64,000 nt of DNA from the human T2T-CHM13v2.0 reference genome, Homo sapiens (GCF_009914755.1 NC_060942.1); one strand, 5' to 3'; counted from the stretch's first letter, positions 34,191 through 49,218 are shown. Numbers and translations: made by a program. Notes: generated by a model from the letters alone, not told the origin.

Positions 34191-35391
34191 AAACACTACT
34201 TTTTACATTTTGAGTTTATCTTTATAGTGCATATTTTGGTAACTATTTTTCTTATAAGTTTGGAACATTAATCAAAAATGATAAGCAGAATAGAGTCAGT
34301 ACAAAAAAATTGAATTTGGACATCTGAGTTTATGACTCAAAATAAAATGGAAGTGGATGGATTGCAGAGGCAGTCCTTCCAGAAGCACTTACACACACTT
34401 TTACATGTACAGACAAGGACTGTCCCCAAACTCAAAAGATCTATACCTAAAATTGGATGAGGTGGATTCAAGTATAAATAGTTCACTCACTTACAATGTT
34501 GTAAAAAAGAGTAGATTCAAGGTTTTGACATTCGAGGGGGTTACCCAACTGTGGAAGCCTGGGAAGTCAAACCTGTTCCTGGAACAAGAGTTCTAGGAAA
34601 CAAAAGGAAAAGCTTCAGGTGGCGTCACCTTTAGTTGATGGGCAGAATCATAAACTAGATTCAGGACCCAGACTAGAGATGAATGTAAAAAGCCCGAACA
34701 GCTAAGAAATATAAATGACCAAGGTCCAGTCTAGTACCTTTGTAAGGTAGCCCATCATTTAAATGTATAGATCAAGAGAGAAGTACCTGGCAGTTCCCAG
34801 CAAGTTGAGCTGAACCACCTGTCATTTTGTCATTCTATCTTATTCATGGCAGGCTTTCTTCCCAAAAAACTTGAAAAGACTGGGAGTTTAAAATAAAGCC
34901 ACTGAGCATCATGCGATAATTTGCAGAGACACATTCTTTGCCTATTATGTCATTTAACATATAAATAAATGCTCACTAAATACGTTTTTGTTGAATTAAA
35001 TATTAGTTTTTACTGGATTAGTGACAGATATCTTCTTCAGTGACATTCTGGACAGCATTTTAAAAATTTAGAGAGGAAAATGAAATCCGTTTTATTAAAC
35101 ACATGAGTTTATAAAATAAAAATATTTCTTGATATAATGAAAGCATCCATGAAATTGTGAATTTTTTTAATATACTGGTAATGCAAAGGGATCCAACCTT
35201 TCTTCAGAGTATTTCGTGACACTTTAATGGCAGAGAAAATGTAATGTGTTGTGCTAAAACTTCCTCACAGATAAATAGCACATAAAAAGTAAATCATCAC
35301 TATCTTCACATAATAGAGCATCGAGGTAATTGAAGAATTTCCCTGGTCTTAGCAATTATGGCATCATTGATTGTATCATTTTGATGTGTAG

Positions 35392-35737
<346 letters not shown>

Positions 35738-36577
35738 ATGTCTAAATATGTACTATAGTTTAAAAATTATATTGATGTCAGTTCATCAATGAACTAAGAA
35801 TACATTTCTTTCTTTTGATCTTTCTCAGTGAGTTACTACATGAGGTTGGTTATGTTGTTTAGCCTTTGGGTAAATTTTGAGTTTGGGTGAGATCATCGCT
35901 ATTTTTTCTAAGCTATTGTAGCTTAAAACTTGTTAGAGGTAATATTAATACATGAATGAGTAAATGCTCAAAATGTGTTCACAGATTCATATACCTATTC
36001 TTGGAATGCTTATCAGTTTGCTAGAGTGTATATAGGTTGGGGCACAGTGAAGACTGCAGTAGGTCTGATCATACAGCAAAAAAAAAAAAAAAAAAAAGAA
36101 CACAGATATATGTGACTGTAATACTGAAAGAAACTGTCTTATCTAACAGCAAGGACACATGTGAGTGGAGATGTGTTTCCTCTTTCACTTGGTATTTTAA
36201 AAAACAGGAAATTATTTCCTCCAGACTCTTCTAAATAAGTAGGTGCTTCACTTTGCTTTAGCCACCAAATTAGTTTTCCTTAAGGAACTGGAAAGGAATC
36301 AGGGAACTCTCCATTCAGTCACTAGCAGCTCTAGCTCATGCACCCTTCTGCTGTGAGTTTCTCCTTCAGCAACAAACGAAAGTGAAAGCAACTGAGCCAA
36401 CTAAAAGAGTCCTCTCGGATCTAGTGCCCGTGATTCATGCTCTGACCCATTTCCATTTCAGATTCCAAACCCTAGGTTACACTCAAGGCTTGTAAACTCC
36501 CATAGTTGAAATAATCAATATATGTTTGGTGGCAATACATGGACCGCACATTTCTCGGAATGGTAAAAAGTAGCGTG

Positions 36578-36959
<382 letters not shown>

Positions 36960-37319
36960 TTAATTAGGTTCTGTTGCCACTTGGTGAACTGATTGACAGA
37001 TGGTGGTCAGTCTCATTTTCATTATAGTTTGTGGAAGATTTTGAAACTTGTCCTTCCTTGTCAAATAATTAATTTGTTGAATTATTACTCTGATCAACCA
37101 ACTAATGGCTTAGACATGTCTCTCAAGCATTTGCTTTTTATTCTTAAAACTTTCATAAAGTCAAGTTTTAAAAAGTTAAATTACAGAAGATTTTGAAGAC
37201 ATTGGTATAAAACACTGAAGCCAAATTGCTAATTTTGCCATTTGTTCACCAATCAACTTAATTTTAGTAACAGATTTTTGTTACCCGCTTTATAATAAAT
37301 TATAATCAGGTAATTTATA

Positions 37320-37480
37320 GAAAATCTTGATTTTTTTGTTCAGTATAGATATTTGCATTAATTTAAATTTTTTAAATTGCATTGATATATCATTTATCTT
37401 GATTTCTGAGTTTTTTGATGCCCCTAAAATTTGGTAGTCAAGGTGACCAGCTCATTTGCTTCACCCTATTGCCAGCCCTG
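37320..37480 (-). mobile_element. MER96B-like hAT DNA transposon end
   Basis: atttatcttgatttctgagttttttgatgcccctaaaattt...cttcaccctattgccagccctg. Confidence 0.7.
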
Positions 37481-37994
37481 TCCTAAACAGCTATTTCTAG
37501 TGCAGAAATAATTGTTTTGAATTTGAAAAGACAGAAGCTTGATTGCTGCCAGAGAATTGCTTGATTTAGGCTGCAGGTGGCATAAATCAGTATTTGATGA
37601 AACCTAGGTTTAAATAGGAATGAGCAGAGTAATTGGCACCTAATTAACATCAGTGATAAGATGAAGCAGCAAGACTATTCTTGAATGTGTAGAATCCCAG
37701 GGTTTTTATGAACTCTGCTGCTGTTTGTTTGTTTGTTTGCTTGCTTGTTTCTAATCTAAGTACTCTTGAATAAAGCTTGACACACTTAATTTCTATTGAT
37801 ACATTGGCTTATTTGTCATATTCTAGTATTCTATTTACCCAAATCTATGATATTGTTTAGATGCAAATATTTAATTTGAGGTATCTTCAGCTATTATCCT
37901 ATTGATGTGAAGTAATTTTCACCATGCATATTATATTATGGTATTGTAGCTTCTATACCTCAAATTTGATTGACAAAATATATTCATTAGGATT

Positions 37995-38407
37995 TAGATT
38001 AGGCTGTTGTTGCAAGATAAATACCTGAGACTGGGTAATTTCTTTATAAAGAAGAGAGGTACGATTGGCTCATGGTTCTGCAGGCTGTACAAGCATGGTG
38101 CTGCTGGGATTCTGGGTTGCTGGGCCTCAAGGAGCTTTTACTCATGGCAGAAGGTGAAGGGGAAGCAGGCACGTCACATGGCCAAAGCAGGAGCAAGAGA
38201 AGTGGGGGAGGTGCCACACACTTTTAAACACCCAGACCTCGTGAGAACTCATCAGTATCACCAAGGACAGCATCAAGAGAATGGCCCTAAACCATTCGTG
38301 AGAAATCTACCCCCATGATCCAGTCACCTCCCACCAGGTTCCACTCCAAAATTGGAGAGTGAAATGCAACATGAGATTTAAAGGGGACACATACCCAAAC
38401 TGTATCA
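37995..38407 (-). mobile_element. MSTB-like MaLR solo LTR
   Basis: aaatacctgagactgggtaattt...caaactgtatca; 5-bp TSD GGATT at 37990-37994 and 38408-38412. Confidence 0.9.
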
Positions 38408-39009
38408 GGATTGAAATCATGACGGATTTTTTCCTGTTGATATTATTGACCTCACCAAATTCTCATAATTCAGCATTTTTTTTTCCATTTTCTCACATGG
38501 AATGCGAAGCAGCATCTCTGGGTCATGAATTTTTTTTTTCTTTAATATCAGTTTCTCTGTGAGTACCTAAAACTTTTCAAGGGATCTCACGTAGCTTCTC
38601 AAGAGCTAAGCCAGATAAAACTACTTAAAATTATAAATAGCAGAATTACTTAATACAAAAGTAGTACATGCTTAACTTAGGGAGAAAAAAATGTGCATAT
38701 CAGGAAACAAAAAGATAAACTTCACATATATAATCTCAAACCCAAGAAGAACAGTATTTAGATTTTAGTATTTTTTGTTTTACAAAAAAGGAATAGTAAT
38801 TACATATTCCTGGTAACATAATTATTTTCCTAACACTTTATACAAAAAAAATTATAATAAATTATATTTCTCTAATTATTGAATATTTAATCTATCCATA
38901 TCAATTATATATTTTTTTTTAGTCTTACAATAATGCTACAAGAGCTAAACCTTTGTAAAATTGTTTCATATACATTTCCTAGGATAAGCTTTTAGAAATT
39001 TAGGAGTAG

Positions 39010-39336
<327 letters not shown>

Positions 39337-39364
39337 TAAAGCTTTTGATAAGAGATTTCAAATT

Positions 39365-39505
39365 GTTTTTCTTTTTTTTCATTACATAAATTTATGGGGT
39401 ACAAGTGCAATTTTGTTACATGCATAGATCATGTAGTGGTGAAGTCAGAGCTTTTAGCATATTCATCAGCCAAATAATTCATATTGTACCCAATAATTTC
39501 TTATT
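39365..39505 (-). mobile_element. short L1MA 3' end fragment
   Basis: ggggtacaagtgcaattttgttacatgcatag...ggtgaagtcagagctttt. Confidence 0.75.
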
Positions 39506-40179
39506 GGGTTAAAGTTTGTATCAATTTACACAGTGTACACTAAGGGCCATTCTCCTCAACTCTTAATCAAAACTAAAAATTAACACTTATTTTTATTTTT
39601 GTCAACTAGATAGGTGAAATATTTTTAGTGACTGTGCTATGTGCACTTATTTTATGACTTAGTAAACTGATCTTTTTTTTTTTTTTTAAGTACACTCAGC
39701 GGCCATTTCCATGACTTTATTGGAATATGCCTTTTCTGGTACTTTTACAGTTTCCTATTGGGAAGATATTTTCTCATCAGTTTTAAAAGTCTTAAAGAAT
39801 TAACTATATGAATTATTTTGTATATGTTGCAATAATTTTTCAAGACTTTTTTTTCCTTTTTAATTTTAGTGTCGTTCTTTATGTAAGCTTCTTATCCTTT
39901 GCATGAGTCATATCTATTGGTATTTTCTTTAGTTTCTGCTTTCATCCTTAGACTTGAAAAAAAAAAGCCTTACAAATTTCATAAGTATATAAATCTATAT
40001 TAGTGTCATTTGTTTCTCAGTTTATATTGAATCTCTTTGTTATTTCACTGATATTTTGAGATAAAGTGCTGACTTTAATTCACACATTTATCTTAGTTAT
40101 TCCAAAAATATGTATTCCAACACTTCAACTTTGTCACCATGTCCTAAAATTTTGCTTAGGTGTACAAGACAAAGAGGAA

Positions 40180-40410
40180 ATAGCTTAGACTCAGGGGTGC
40201 AACTAAATTCAAATCCCAGAGGTACTACTTACATGTTAGGTGGCTTTGGATACTTCACCTTCTAAGTCTCAATTTCCTCACTGATAAAACTACAAAGGAA
40301 CTACATATCTATTTATGAGGTTGAAATTATCAGTTAAAATAATACAACTAAAATGTTTAGCCCTGTTTGGATGTCTTATAATTCATCTGTGAGTATTATA
40401 ATACCATCAT
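40180..40410 (+). mobile_element. MIR
   Basis: ttcaaatccca...ctaagtctcaatttcctcactgataaaa. Confidence 0.65.
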
Positions 40411-40489
40411 TCCTATTAACTCTATAAATTTTGTTATAATGTATACATCAGTAACTCTAACATGCTTACTTTCCTGTATATACATAATC

Positions 40490-41350
40490 ATTTTTAATTC
40501 ATAATGTTTAGGGTGGCTTTATGTGTACAGAAAGATTAAGCAGAAAGTACAAAGAGTTCCCATATACCACGGTCTCCACACTCACAACCTCGCATGTAGA
40601 CATCCCAAACCACAGTATAACATTTGCTACAATCCATGAACCTATATTTACCTACATCATCACCCAGAGTCCATTATTTACATTAGGGTTCCACTCTTGA
40701 TATTGTACATTTTATGAGTTTGGACAAATCTCTACGAACATGAATCCACCATTACGGTACCATACAGAATACTTTCACTGCTCTAAATATCCTCTACGCG
40801 CTGCCTATTTGTCCCGCCCTCCCCCAACCTCTGGCAACCCAGATCATTTCCTGTCTCCAGAGGTTTGCCTTTTCCAGAATGCCATATAGTTATACATATG
40901 CTATCATATAGTATAAAGCCATTTCAGATTGGCTTCTTTCACTTGGTAATTTGCATTTAAGTTTGCATCACCTCTTTGTATGGCTTGATATCTGATTTCT
41001 TTTTAGTGCTGAGTAAGATTCCATTGTCCAGATGTACGACAGTTTATCCATTTACCCAATGAAGGACACCTTGGTGGTGCCCTAGGTTTGGCAATTATAA
41101 ATAAAGCTGCTACAAACATTCATGTGCAGGTCTTCGTGTGGACATAAGTTTTCAGTTCATTTGGGTAAAACCCAAGGAGCACAACTGTTGGATCCTATGA
41201 TAAGAATATGTCTCGTTTCATTTAAAAAACCTGGGAAACTATCTTCCACAGTGGCTGTCCCTTTTTGTATTCCCACCAACAATGTTGGAAAGCCTATTGC
41301 CAGCATTTAGTGTTCTCAGTGTTTGGGATTTTGGCCAATCTGATAATAGT
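40490..41350 (-). mobile_element. L1MC/L1MD 3' end
   Basis: agcagaaagtacaaagagttcccatatac...ttttccagaatg...gtggacataagttttcagttcatttgggtaaa. Confidence 0.85.
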
Positions 41351-42749
41351 AAAATTTTTTATTTAAAATTATTTTTGAGATTTTTAAATAATTGCATTAC
41401 TTTTATATATCATCTTGAGACTAATCTAGATGCATATTATATTAAATTATATCATCCAACAACATATTTTTCTCCATTTATTCAAGCCTCATGTTAAGTT
41501 TATTTTAGGTGTTTTTATATTTGTTCCTAGGATAAATGAAATGCTTTCTTCTGCTTCATTTTTCTATTAAGTTTTGAAGAATTTGGGGGATAATTGTGTT
41601 TAGTTATTAATTTATTTATAACTGATGACTAAATTTTCTTCAGTTCTAATAGTTTTGCATTATTTCTTCCAGTAAGCAATGATTGCAAAACTATGGATTT
41701 CTAAAGCTTCATCCAATAAAGAGATTTTCTGGGTAAAAGAACAACTGAAACATGAACATACCACACATGCAGAATTCAACATCAAGGTGGTTACCAAGTA
41801 ATGGAGAGCCATCAGCAACACTTAGTTTTTATAAATCTCCAGTGACTGGAGTGGGCCACTGCTCTCTGCCATGATACAGCAACAGGACTTTGTTGTTATT
41901 GATTTTTGGATATTGTTTGTTTGGGGCAGTAACAGCAGCAGTAGATATTCTACATGAGGGAGTTAGAATGTATGTTATTTGGAATAAAGTAACAGGTCTT
42001 ATGGTTGGAAATAAAAATGTAATCAGTAAAATAATTATTTCAGAGTCTGAAATGAACAGCCAAAAAGTGCACTTCTATCTGATTTCATGTGACTCTTGGA
42101 TTCTGAAATTATCTCAACTCTGAATAATATTTTGAATTAGCCATGCTATTTAACAAACTTTACAGAGTGAAAATTATTGGCATGGTTAAAATTCTTAAGT
42201 CACAAGTCTCTGGTGGTGAATGACAGTATATTACATTGGTCAAGAGGTCCTCATAGGGAACAAAGTATTTCCTGAAAAGCATAATTTAATGTCAGCATTG
42301 GGTTGAATATGAGCATCACTCTAGGTCCTTGTGTGGTTTGTGCCAATGAGAGAAGAAGGCTATCTAGATAAGTGATATGGGAGAATGTAGAGCCCCAACC
42401 TGGAAGGAGGTGATCAAAAGTGGGGATGTAGAAAATAGTCGTGGCAACCAGGGGGATGATCCCATGGGCATAGCTAAGAGATGCATGCTCAAGATGATTA
42501 AACCCTGCTCAAGATGATTAAAAATGTGTAAAGTCTGTAAAATCCCAATATGCTTGGTGTGAGTGATTTTGGTAGCTGTTATTGAAGCTGATTAAAGGCT
42601 GAGCTTCATATTGGGTCACTGTAGTTAAAGACAATAAAATGACATCCCAAAAAATTAAGAAGCAGAGGCCAGAACATAACACAATGGAGGCTAAGTTCTA
42701 ATATAGTAAACAAGTTGGGGCAAGAAAAGTTCTCCATGTAGGTTGGGAT

Positions 42750-42958
42750 GGCTATAGAGTGGTTCCATTCATATGTCTTTCAAGATAACCTGCAGCTGGA
42801 TGCATAATTGACCAATGGCCTCCACTGAAGGCTGAAACCCAGGTTGCTCCCAGCCAAAGACTGACCAGGCAGGATTACTACTAGCATTGGCCCAGTCCTG
42901 TCCAACCTGGGACCCTTCCAACAGACAACCTTGCTCAGGTATTCCCCAAAGTCTGGGG
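42750..42958 (+). mobile_element. LTR16A-like ERVL LTR fragment
   Basis: gttgctcccagccaaagactga...ggcccagtcct...gggaccctt...ttgctcaggtattcccc. Confidence 0.55.
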
Positions 42959-43654
42959 AAAAAAAAAATTTCTGAAAACTGTCTTTTTAATGTATATGCT
43001 GTAAAAAGTATGTGATATAAACAAATCCATCCAACTCTGCTTGAAAACCCCCAGTAAAATTTGCTTGGCTAAAACAATTTTAGTAAGAGAGCCATGCAAA
43101 GCAAAGTAATTCTAGGATATCCATCAATGTTAGGCTGTTGTTTTCCTTGCAAGAAATAGAGATTTATTCATATAATATCAGGCCATTCAAAGGATAACAG
43201 GGAAGACCAAAAGTTTAGGAAATTTGTGGTAATGCCAACACCCGGTTTCACATAGTCTAATGTGTGTGAAAAACAGGAATTAAAAAGGTTCAAAGGTTCA
43301 ACACAGTTTCAGAATTCTATTCCTAATTTTCCTTACATCAGATTTTCTCTCTCCTCTCCTGCTTTTCTCTGTCTCCTCTCTCTCTCTCTCACACACACAC
43401 ACACAAATAATACTTCTAAATACTTTTGCATGTTTTATCTGTGCATATTCTTTTGTATTTTTTTCTTCTTTTACTGCCATCAGTAGATTTAAACTTTCTT
43501 TGCATTTCTCATTTTACACATTTTGAAAGCAAGAGTCTAATTGCATTGTGAATAGTTATCATTATGTTAGGCAGTTATTTTGAAATCAGGATCATTTTAC
43601 AACTTTTTGTCCCAAGACATGATAGTCAATGGTAAAATATGGCCCACTAAGAGT

Positions 43655-45740
43655 GTAACCTCCACAGAGAATTCTAAGTGTGGCATCTGACCTTAAATTA
43701 AATGAGGAATATGGAAATATATGATACCCTTATTGAGAAAGAATGGGCATTGCTCAGTAATATACTGAATTGACAGGAATAAGCCAGTTATGCAAGATAG
43801 AGATATCTTCTGGGGCAAAGGGTAGCCAGCTTACTGACCAGAATAATAAAAATAACATCTCCTTTTGGCACAAAGCACAGTCAAGCTTAATCACCCATAT
43901 AAAAAGTTCAGGGTTCTTCTGTAACACAATCCACTGTGTATGTGAGGTGTCACCTAGCCCTCTTCATGTTGCCCTATGGGAATTGCAGCTCTGATATCTG
44001 GCATGATAAAAGCCAATACTGTGGATATGACTGTTGGTGTGAGTCATAAAATCCTTTGTCTCTGACTCAGGAGTCTCTTGTCTTCTGCTTTCATGAAGCT
44101 GCAGCAGGCTAATGTGTTAACTTACACATAAGGAAAAAAAAATCTCTGTCCTTTCATAATTCTTAACAGTTCTGGTGATAAAGATGGGGTTGCTGAGAGG
44201 AACATGGATTTTTGAAAAAGGAAGGAAGGATGAGGACCTCATATCATAACATGATATGAGGAAAGTCCATAAGAATTAATAAACATATTGACTAAAATAT
44301 ATGGTCAATCAAGTAATATGTCATATTCCTCATATCATAACATGATATCATAACATGATATCATAACATGATATGAGGAAAGTCCATAAGAATTAATAAA
44401 CATATTGACTAAAATATATGGTCAATCAAGTAATATGTCATCCTTCTGTCAGTTATTGGAGGTATGGTTGCAGGCTGAACCTACCAAGAAGTAGGTTCAG
44501 AGACAAATGCCTGAACATTGCCTGGCCTGCTGCTAACTCCCTTTCAGGGGTTCAGTCAGCCTTGCATCTACCCATTTTAACAACCAGTACTAAGATTTGT
44601 CCTGGGAAGCCAAAAGTTTCCAATTCCTTTCAGAAAAAAAAAAAAAAAGGTTAAATAGCTGAGCACCTATATTGAGAGAGAATAGATGGAAACTTGTAGC
44701 CTATGGGCATAACACAAATACATTATTAGATCAATTGTGAGGTGAGAGAGTGAGCGGCTTCACCCTTGTTATGCTTCCATAACATCGGCAACAGCTGGGC
44801 AGTCTTATAGCTCAGCCACTCCTGCAATCTATGACGTCAACCTTCGATCTTTTTGATAATGACAGTAAAACATCTGAGTTGTTTCTGTTTGTTTGTTTGT
44901 TTTTAAGTGATTCCTGGAAACTACCTGTAAACTTCAGCTTTCTCAGGAAGATTTCTCAGAAACAGATTAATTCCCATGTAAAGTCGTTGATGATGCATTG
45001 AGTAGTGTACTGGCATTTAGTGCCCTAGATGGTGTTTACAGTGCTGATGAAGGTGGACCATTAGCAAATGAAACATGAAACCCCCAAAATATAAATTTTT
45101 GCAGTCAACCTGATTACTCGGGGAAACTTACCTTGCACTTAAATTGAAACCAGGCATGAATTTATGAGATATCATCAAGCTAATGGAGAGCAAATGCCTC
45201 AGATTAAGGTGGGCTCCCCCAAGAAGTTGGTGAGAGCCAAGCTCACAGTGGCCAGAAAGAGCAAACCCTCTAATACTAGAAAGAAAGCGCTATGTCTTTG
45301 GCTGGAACAGCTGGGTAAAGAGACTCCTGAGGGAAAAATACACAATGTCTAGAATGATGACATTGCCACCTACCTCCCCATTATGTATATCTTTGGGTGC
45401 AACACATGCATTTGAATATTGCTTGGTTGAACTGCAAGCAGACATCTTGCTGCTAACAAATGAAAGTAAATCTGTGTAGCTCACTAGACAGAGATGCTCT
45501 CTCCTTCTCTGCCCTAACCCCTTCCTCCTTCTGCATTCCTACCTCAGCAACTTAAAGGGGCTAGATGATTAAAGATGGATCTAAGATCTCACTGTGCCAA
45601 CCAGGAACTAAAGGTCATATACTTCTGTCCCCTGAGCTGGGTTATCTAAGAGGGGGGAAGAAATGAAACCTTTACGGCTTTGTTGGTTCCACATGTACAA
45701 GTCATCTTTCTACTTGGTGTCATTGGGGCTGAGATCACAT
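43655..45740 (+). mobile_element. ERVL-class 5' LTR (MER76-related; ends ...ttcttaaca near 44168) plus decayed internal sequence
   Basis: LTR 3' end gcaggctaatgtgttaactt...ctttcataattcttaaca is homologous to the element at 52213-52732 and is followed by gttctggtg (PBS position). A decayed protease-like frame lies near 45665. Confidence 0.55.
44237..44441. repeat. perfect 88-bp tandem duplication with a 13-bp triplication in copy 2
   Basis: Copy 1 is 44237-44324 and copy 2 is 44328-44441; atatcataacatg occurs three times in copy 2. Confidence 0.97.
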
Positions 45741-47570
45741 GCATTCAGTTTACTAGAGCTGGCAGTCTTCACGATGAGGACAGAATCCAATATGACCTTT
45801 TGGATGCAACTCTTCAGGCTGATTCAATGTAGTTTTGGCTTCTACATGTAAATATATAGTAGGAATTGAAGCATTATGGGCTTGTACTTCTGCATCTCAT
45901 AGTTTGGATAAAAGAATAGATTTTGTGTTCTATAATCATTCTATTACATTATGCTAACAAAAACCATTTGTCCAGGAAAGGTCTCCCTTTCCTGATGAAT
46001 TATACAGATATGGATATAGATATATTCTCCAACCTAATACAAAATAAAATAGTTTTCATTTATTTGAAAAAGGAAAAAAAATACATTACATATGTTCTCC
46101 AACCCAGTAAAAGATCAGCCTCAAAATGGAAAAGGAACAATAAAAGTTAGATTAACTTAAAGATTTTTGTTAGCTAGTTAGATTTTGTTAGCTTTTTCAA
46201 TACCTAAATATGTCTTTTTCAAAAACAAAACTAAAAGGCAATCCCTCGAATCTGTTGTGTGACAAAAGTCTTCAGATTTTCTGTTGGTTCATAATAGAGT
46301 GAATTAGGTTGTCAAAATATAGCTGGCAGATCAATAAATGTTCAATAACTATAAGGAAAAGGAGGTATAGGCTAGTGGGGAATAATTTATTTAGGTATCT
46401 GTTATGCTAGCAGAGCTCATGATCATTCTGCAAATGTGGCATCACTTACTGCAGTAAGCCATTCCTTACACATTACTGAGGTTTGGTGTCTTTCCTCAGT
46501 GCTCCCATATGCCTTGTTTACGAATTTACTATTCTGCATTATGATGGCATTTCTCCTTAAACAAACAGTAAGTTTCTTAAAGGCAGGGATTTTATCTTAT
46601 TATTCTTTGCCACATACCAAGGTTACCACAGCAAGTTACTCATTTTATTTTCTAGACGAATACATAAATGAATATATTAGGAGAAATGCATCCTAAACCC
46701 CCTTGGAAAAAAAATCATTTGCCAGAATTGTTGAACTACTACTTCCTTTATGGTCTGTTAAATCAGTATCAGATGGGTCCTCATATATAGGAAATACTTC
46801 ATATATATGTTAATACAGAACAACAGTGGTATCCCGAAAAGATACCATTACTAAGCTTGGCTTTTTTTTAAAAGTAAATGTAATAAAAATTCAATAGGTT
46901 TGTTTGGATTTGCCTTCATGAAATAAGCAAAACTCTGTTTAGCTGTCAGTAAAAATGATGTTCGGCAAGTCTTTGTAGACCACATGCTTGAGCCTTTTCT
47001 TGTTACATTTTGAAGTAGAAAGCTTGCTCCTTGTCACCTTCAATTTGACATTTTACAGGAACTAGAAACATAAGTCATGTAGAGAAACATGTTACATATT
47101 GTTTTTTCCCCTCTAGCTGACCACCAATAATCTTAAATGTCAACAACGTCAGATTTCAATTTTGTTCACTGAATCACCACACTGTGGATTGAAAAACTGA
47201 TCTCTACCACTTTTATTGTTCTAAATGTTTCCTATGTGGTGATTAAAAGAAAAAGAAAAACATTTGACTGGCTTGGCAGATGGTTTTATATTACCTCTGT
47301 TTAAATATAATACTTTAAACTTCTTATTGAATCAGGCAAATGGAATGGAGCATTCGCCTGCTTCATAAAATATGTTTAAACTAAGAAGGAAGTCAGCTCT
47401 CTGGATTGGCTTGCAGCTGTTACTTACCTTTTTTTGTTGTTGTGGGGGTGGTAAGGTGCCTACTATGTGAAGTATATTATATGAGTTGTGGATTGGTTAC
47501 AAAAATGAATGACACGAATATCTGTTTTGACAGATTTTAATTCACCATATTCATAAAAAAATAAGAATTT

Positions 47571-48259
<689 letters not shown>

Positions 48260-48358
48260 ATGAGTTCATTTTAAAAATACAAGATATCATTTTGTATGCA
48301 TTTAATTTGCAAGCTTTACCTTAATCATATGTTCTACCAAATATTTACTAATATCAAC

Positions 48359-48404
48359 AACATTTATATCCAACAATTTATATCCATTGTTGGATATAAA
48401 TGTT
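48359..48404. repeat. perfect inverted repeat, 19-bp arms and 8-nt spacer
   Basis: aacatttatatccaacaat-ttatatcc-attgttggatataaatgtt. Confidence 0.97.
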
Positions 48405-48774
48405 CACATTTCATATCCAGTAACTGAAATGCATAATCAGATTTAGCTACGATGGAATGTCTGTTGATTCACTAGACCAGGCATGGAAAATTTTCTAGAG
48501 AGAGATATTTGTGACCTAAGCCCCCTACCCAGAAACTGTACCTCTAAGTTGCTATAGAATCACCAGATAGCAGTAGAATCCTGAAAGAGAGAATTCAACA
48601 GAAATGTCAAGAAAACAAGAAATATAGCCTCATTTATAAAAATAGAAATCTTGTAATGAAAATAGTAATTAATTAGAAGAAGAGAGAGATTAATGAATTT
48701 GGGAACCAAACTACTATATTACAAAGTTAATTGGTATTAAAATAGAAAAATATTGTAAAGCTGTTTCATTTGTC

Positions 48775-49160
48775 CATGTATTCAATACACATGTATTGAA
48801 CACATAATAGGTTTTCAGACACCTCTCTAGGCCCTGGGGAAAATAAGAGCGAGGCAGAGATGCCTCCTGTCCACATAAATTTACATTTCAGAGTGCATGG
48901 GAGGGTCTGGCTGTGTGTGTGTGTATGGGGGGGGGCATTCATTTATTTTTAATTATTGAAGTAATTAGTAATTGTAATTAATGCTGCAAAGGAAATGAAC
49001 AGAGTACTTGATGAAACATAGCAATGAGGGCTCTCATCTCTGTGTATGATGTTCAATCTGAGCCCTGAAAAAAAGGAAAGGAATGAGCAGATAAAGGGCA
49101 ATGAAAGCACACCCCACCAAGAGTGTTTTCACAGATCAGGAAGAAACAGGCCATGTGCTA
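48775..49160 (-). mobile_element. L2 3' end fragment
   Basis: attcaatacacatgtattgaacac...ctaggccctgggga...ctgagccctgaa. Confidence 0.6.
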
Positions 49161-49165
49161 GTGTG

Positions 49166-49169
<4 letters not shown>

Positions 49170-49215
<46 letters not shown>
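49170..49215. repeat. (TA)n microsatellite, about 23 units
   Basis: Uninterrupted TA run at the tail of a minus-strand Alu. Confidence 0.97.

Positions 49216-49217
<2 letters not shown>

Positions 49218-49218
<1 letters not shown>

Noticed and set aside
42486-42522. Short tandem duplications (here, and at 14902, 22973, about 50260 and 50380) as a possible repeat-spacer array
   Set aside because: Each is a two-copy slippage duplication unrelated to the others, with no repeat-spacer periodicity; the DNA is eukaryotic.
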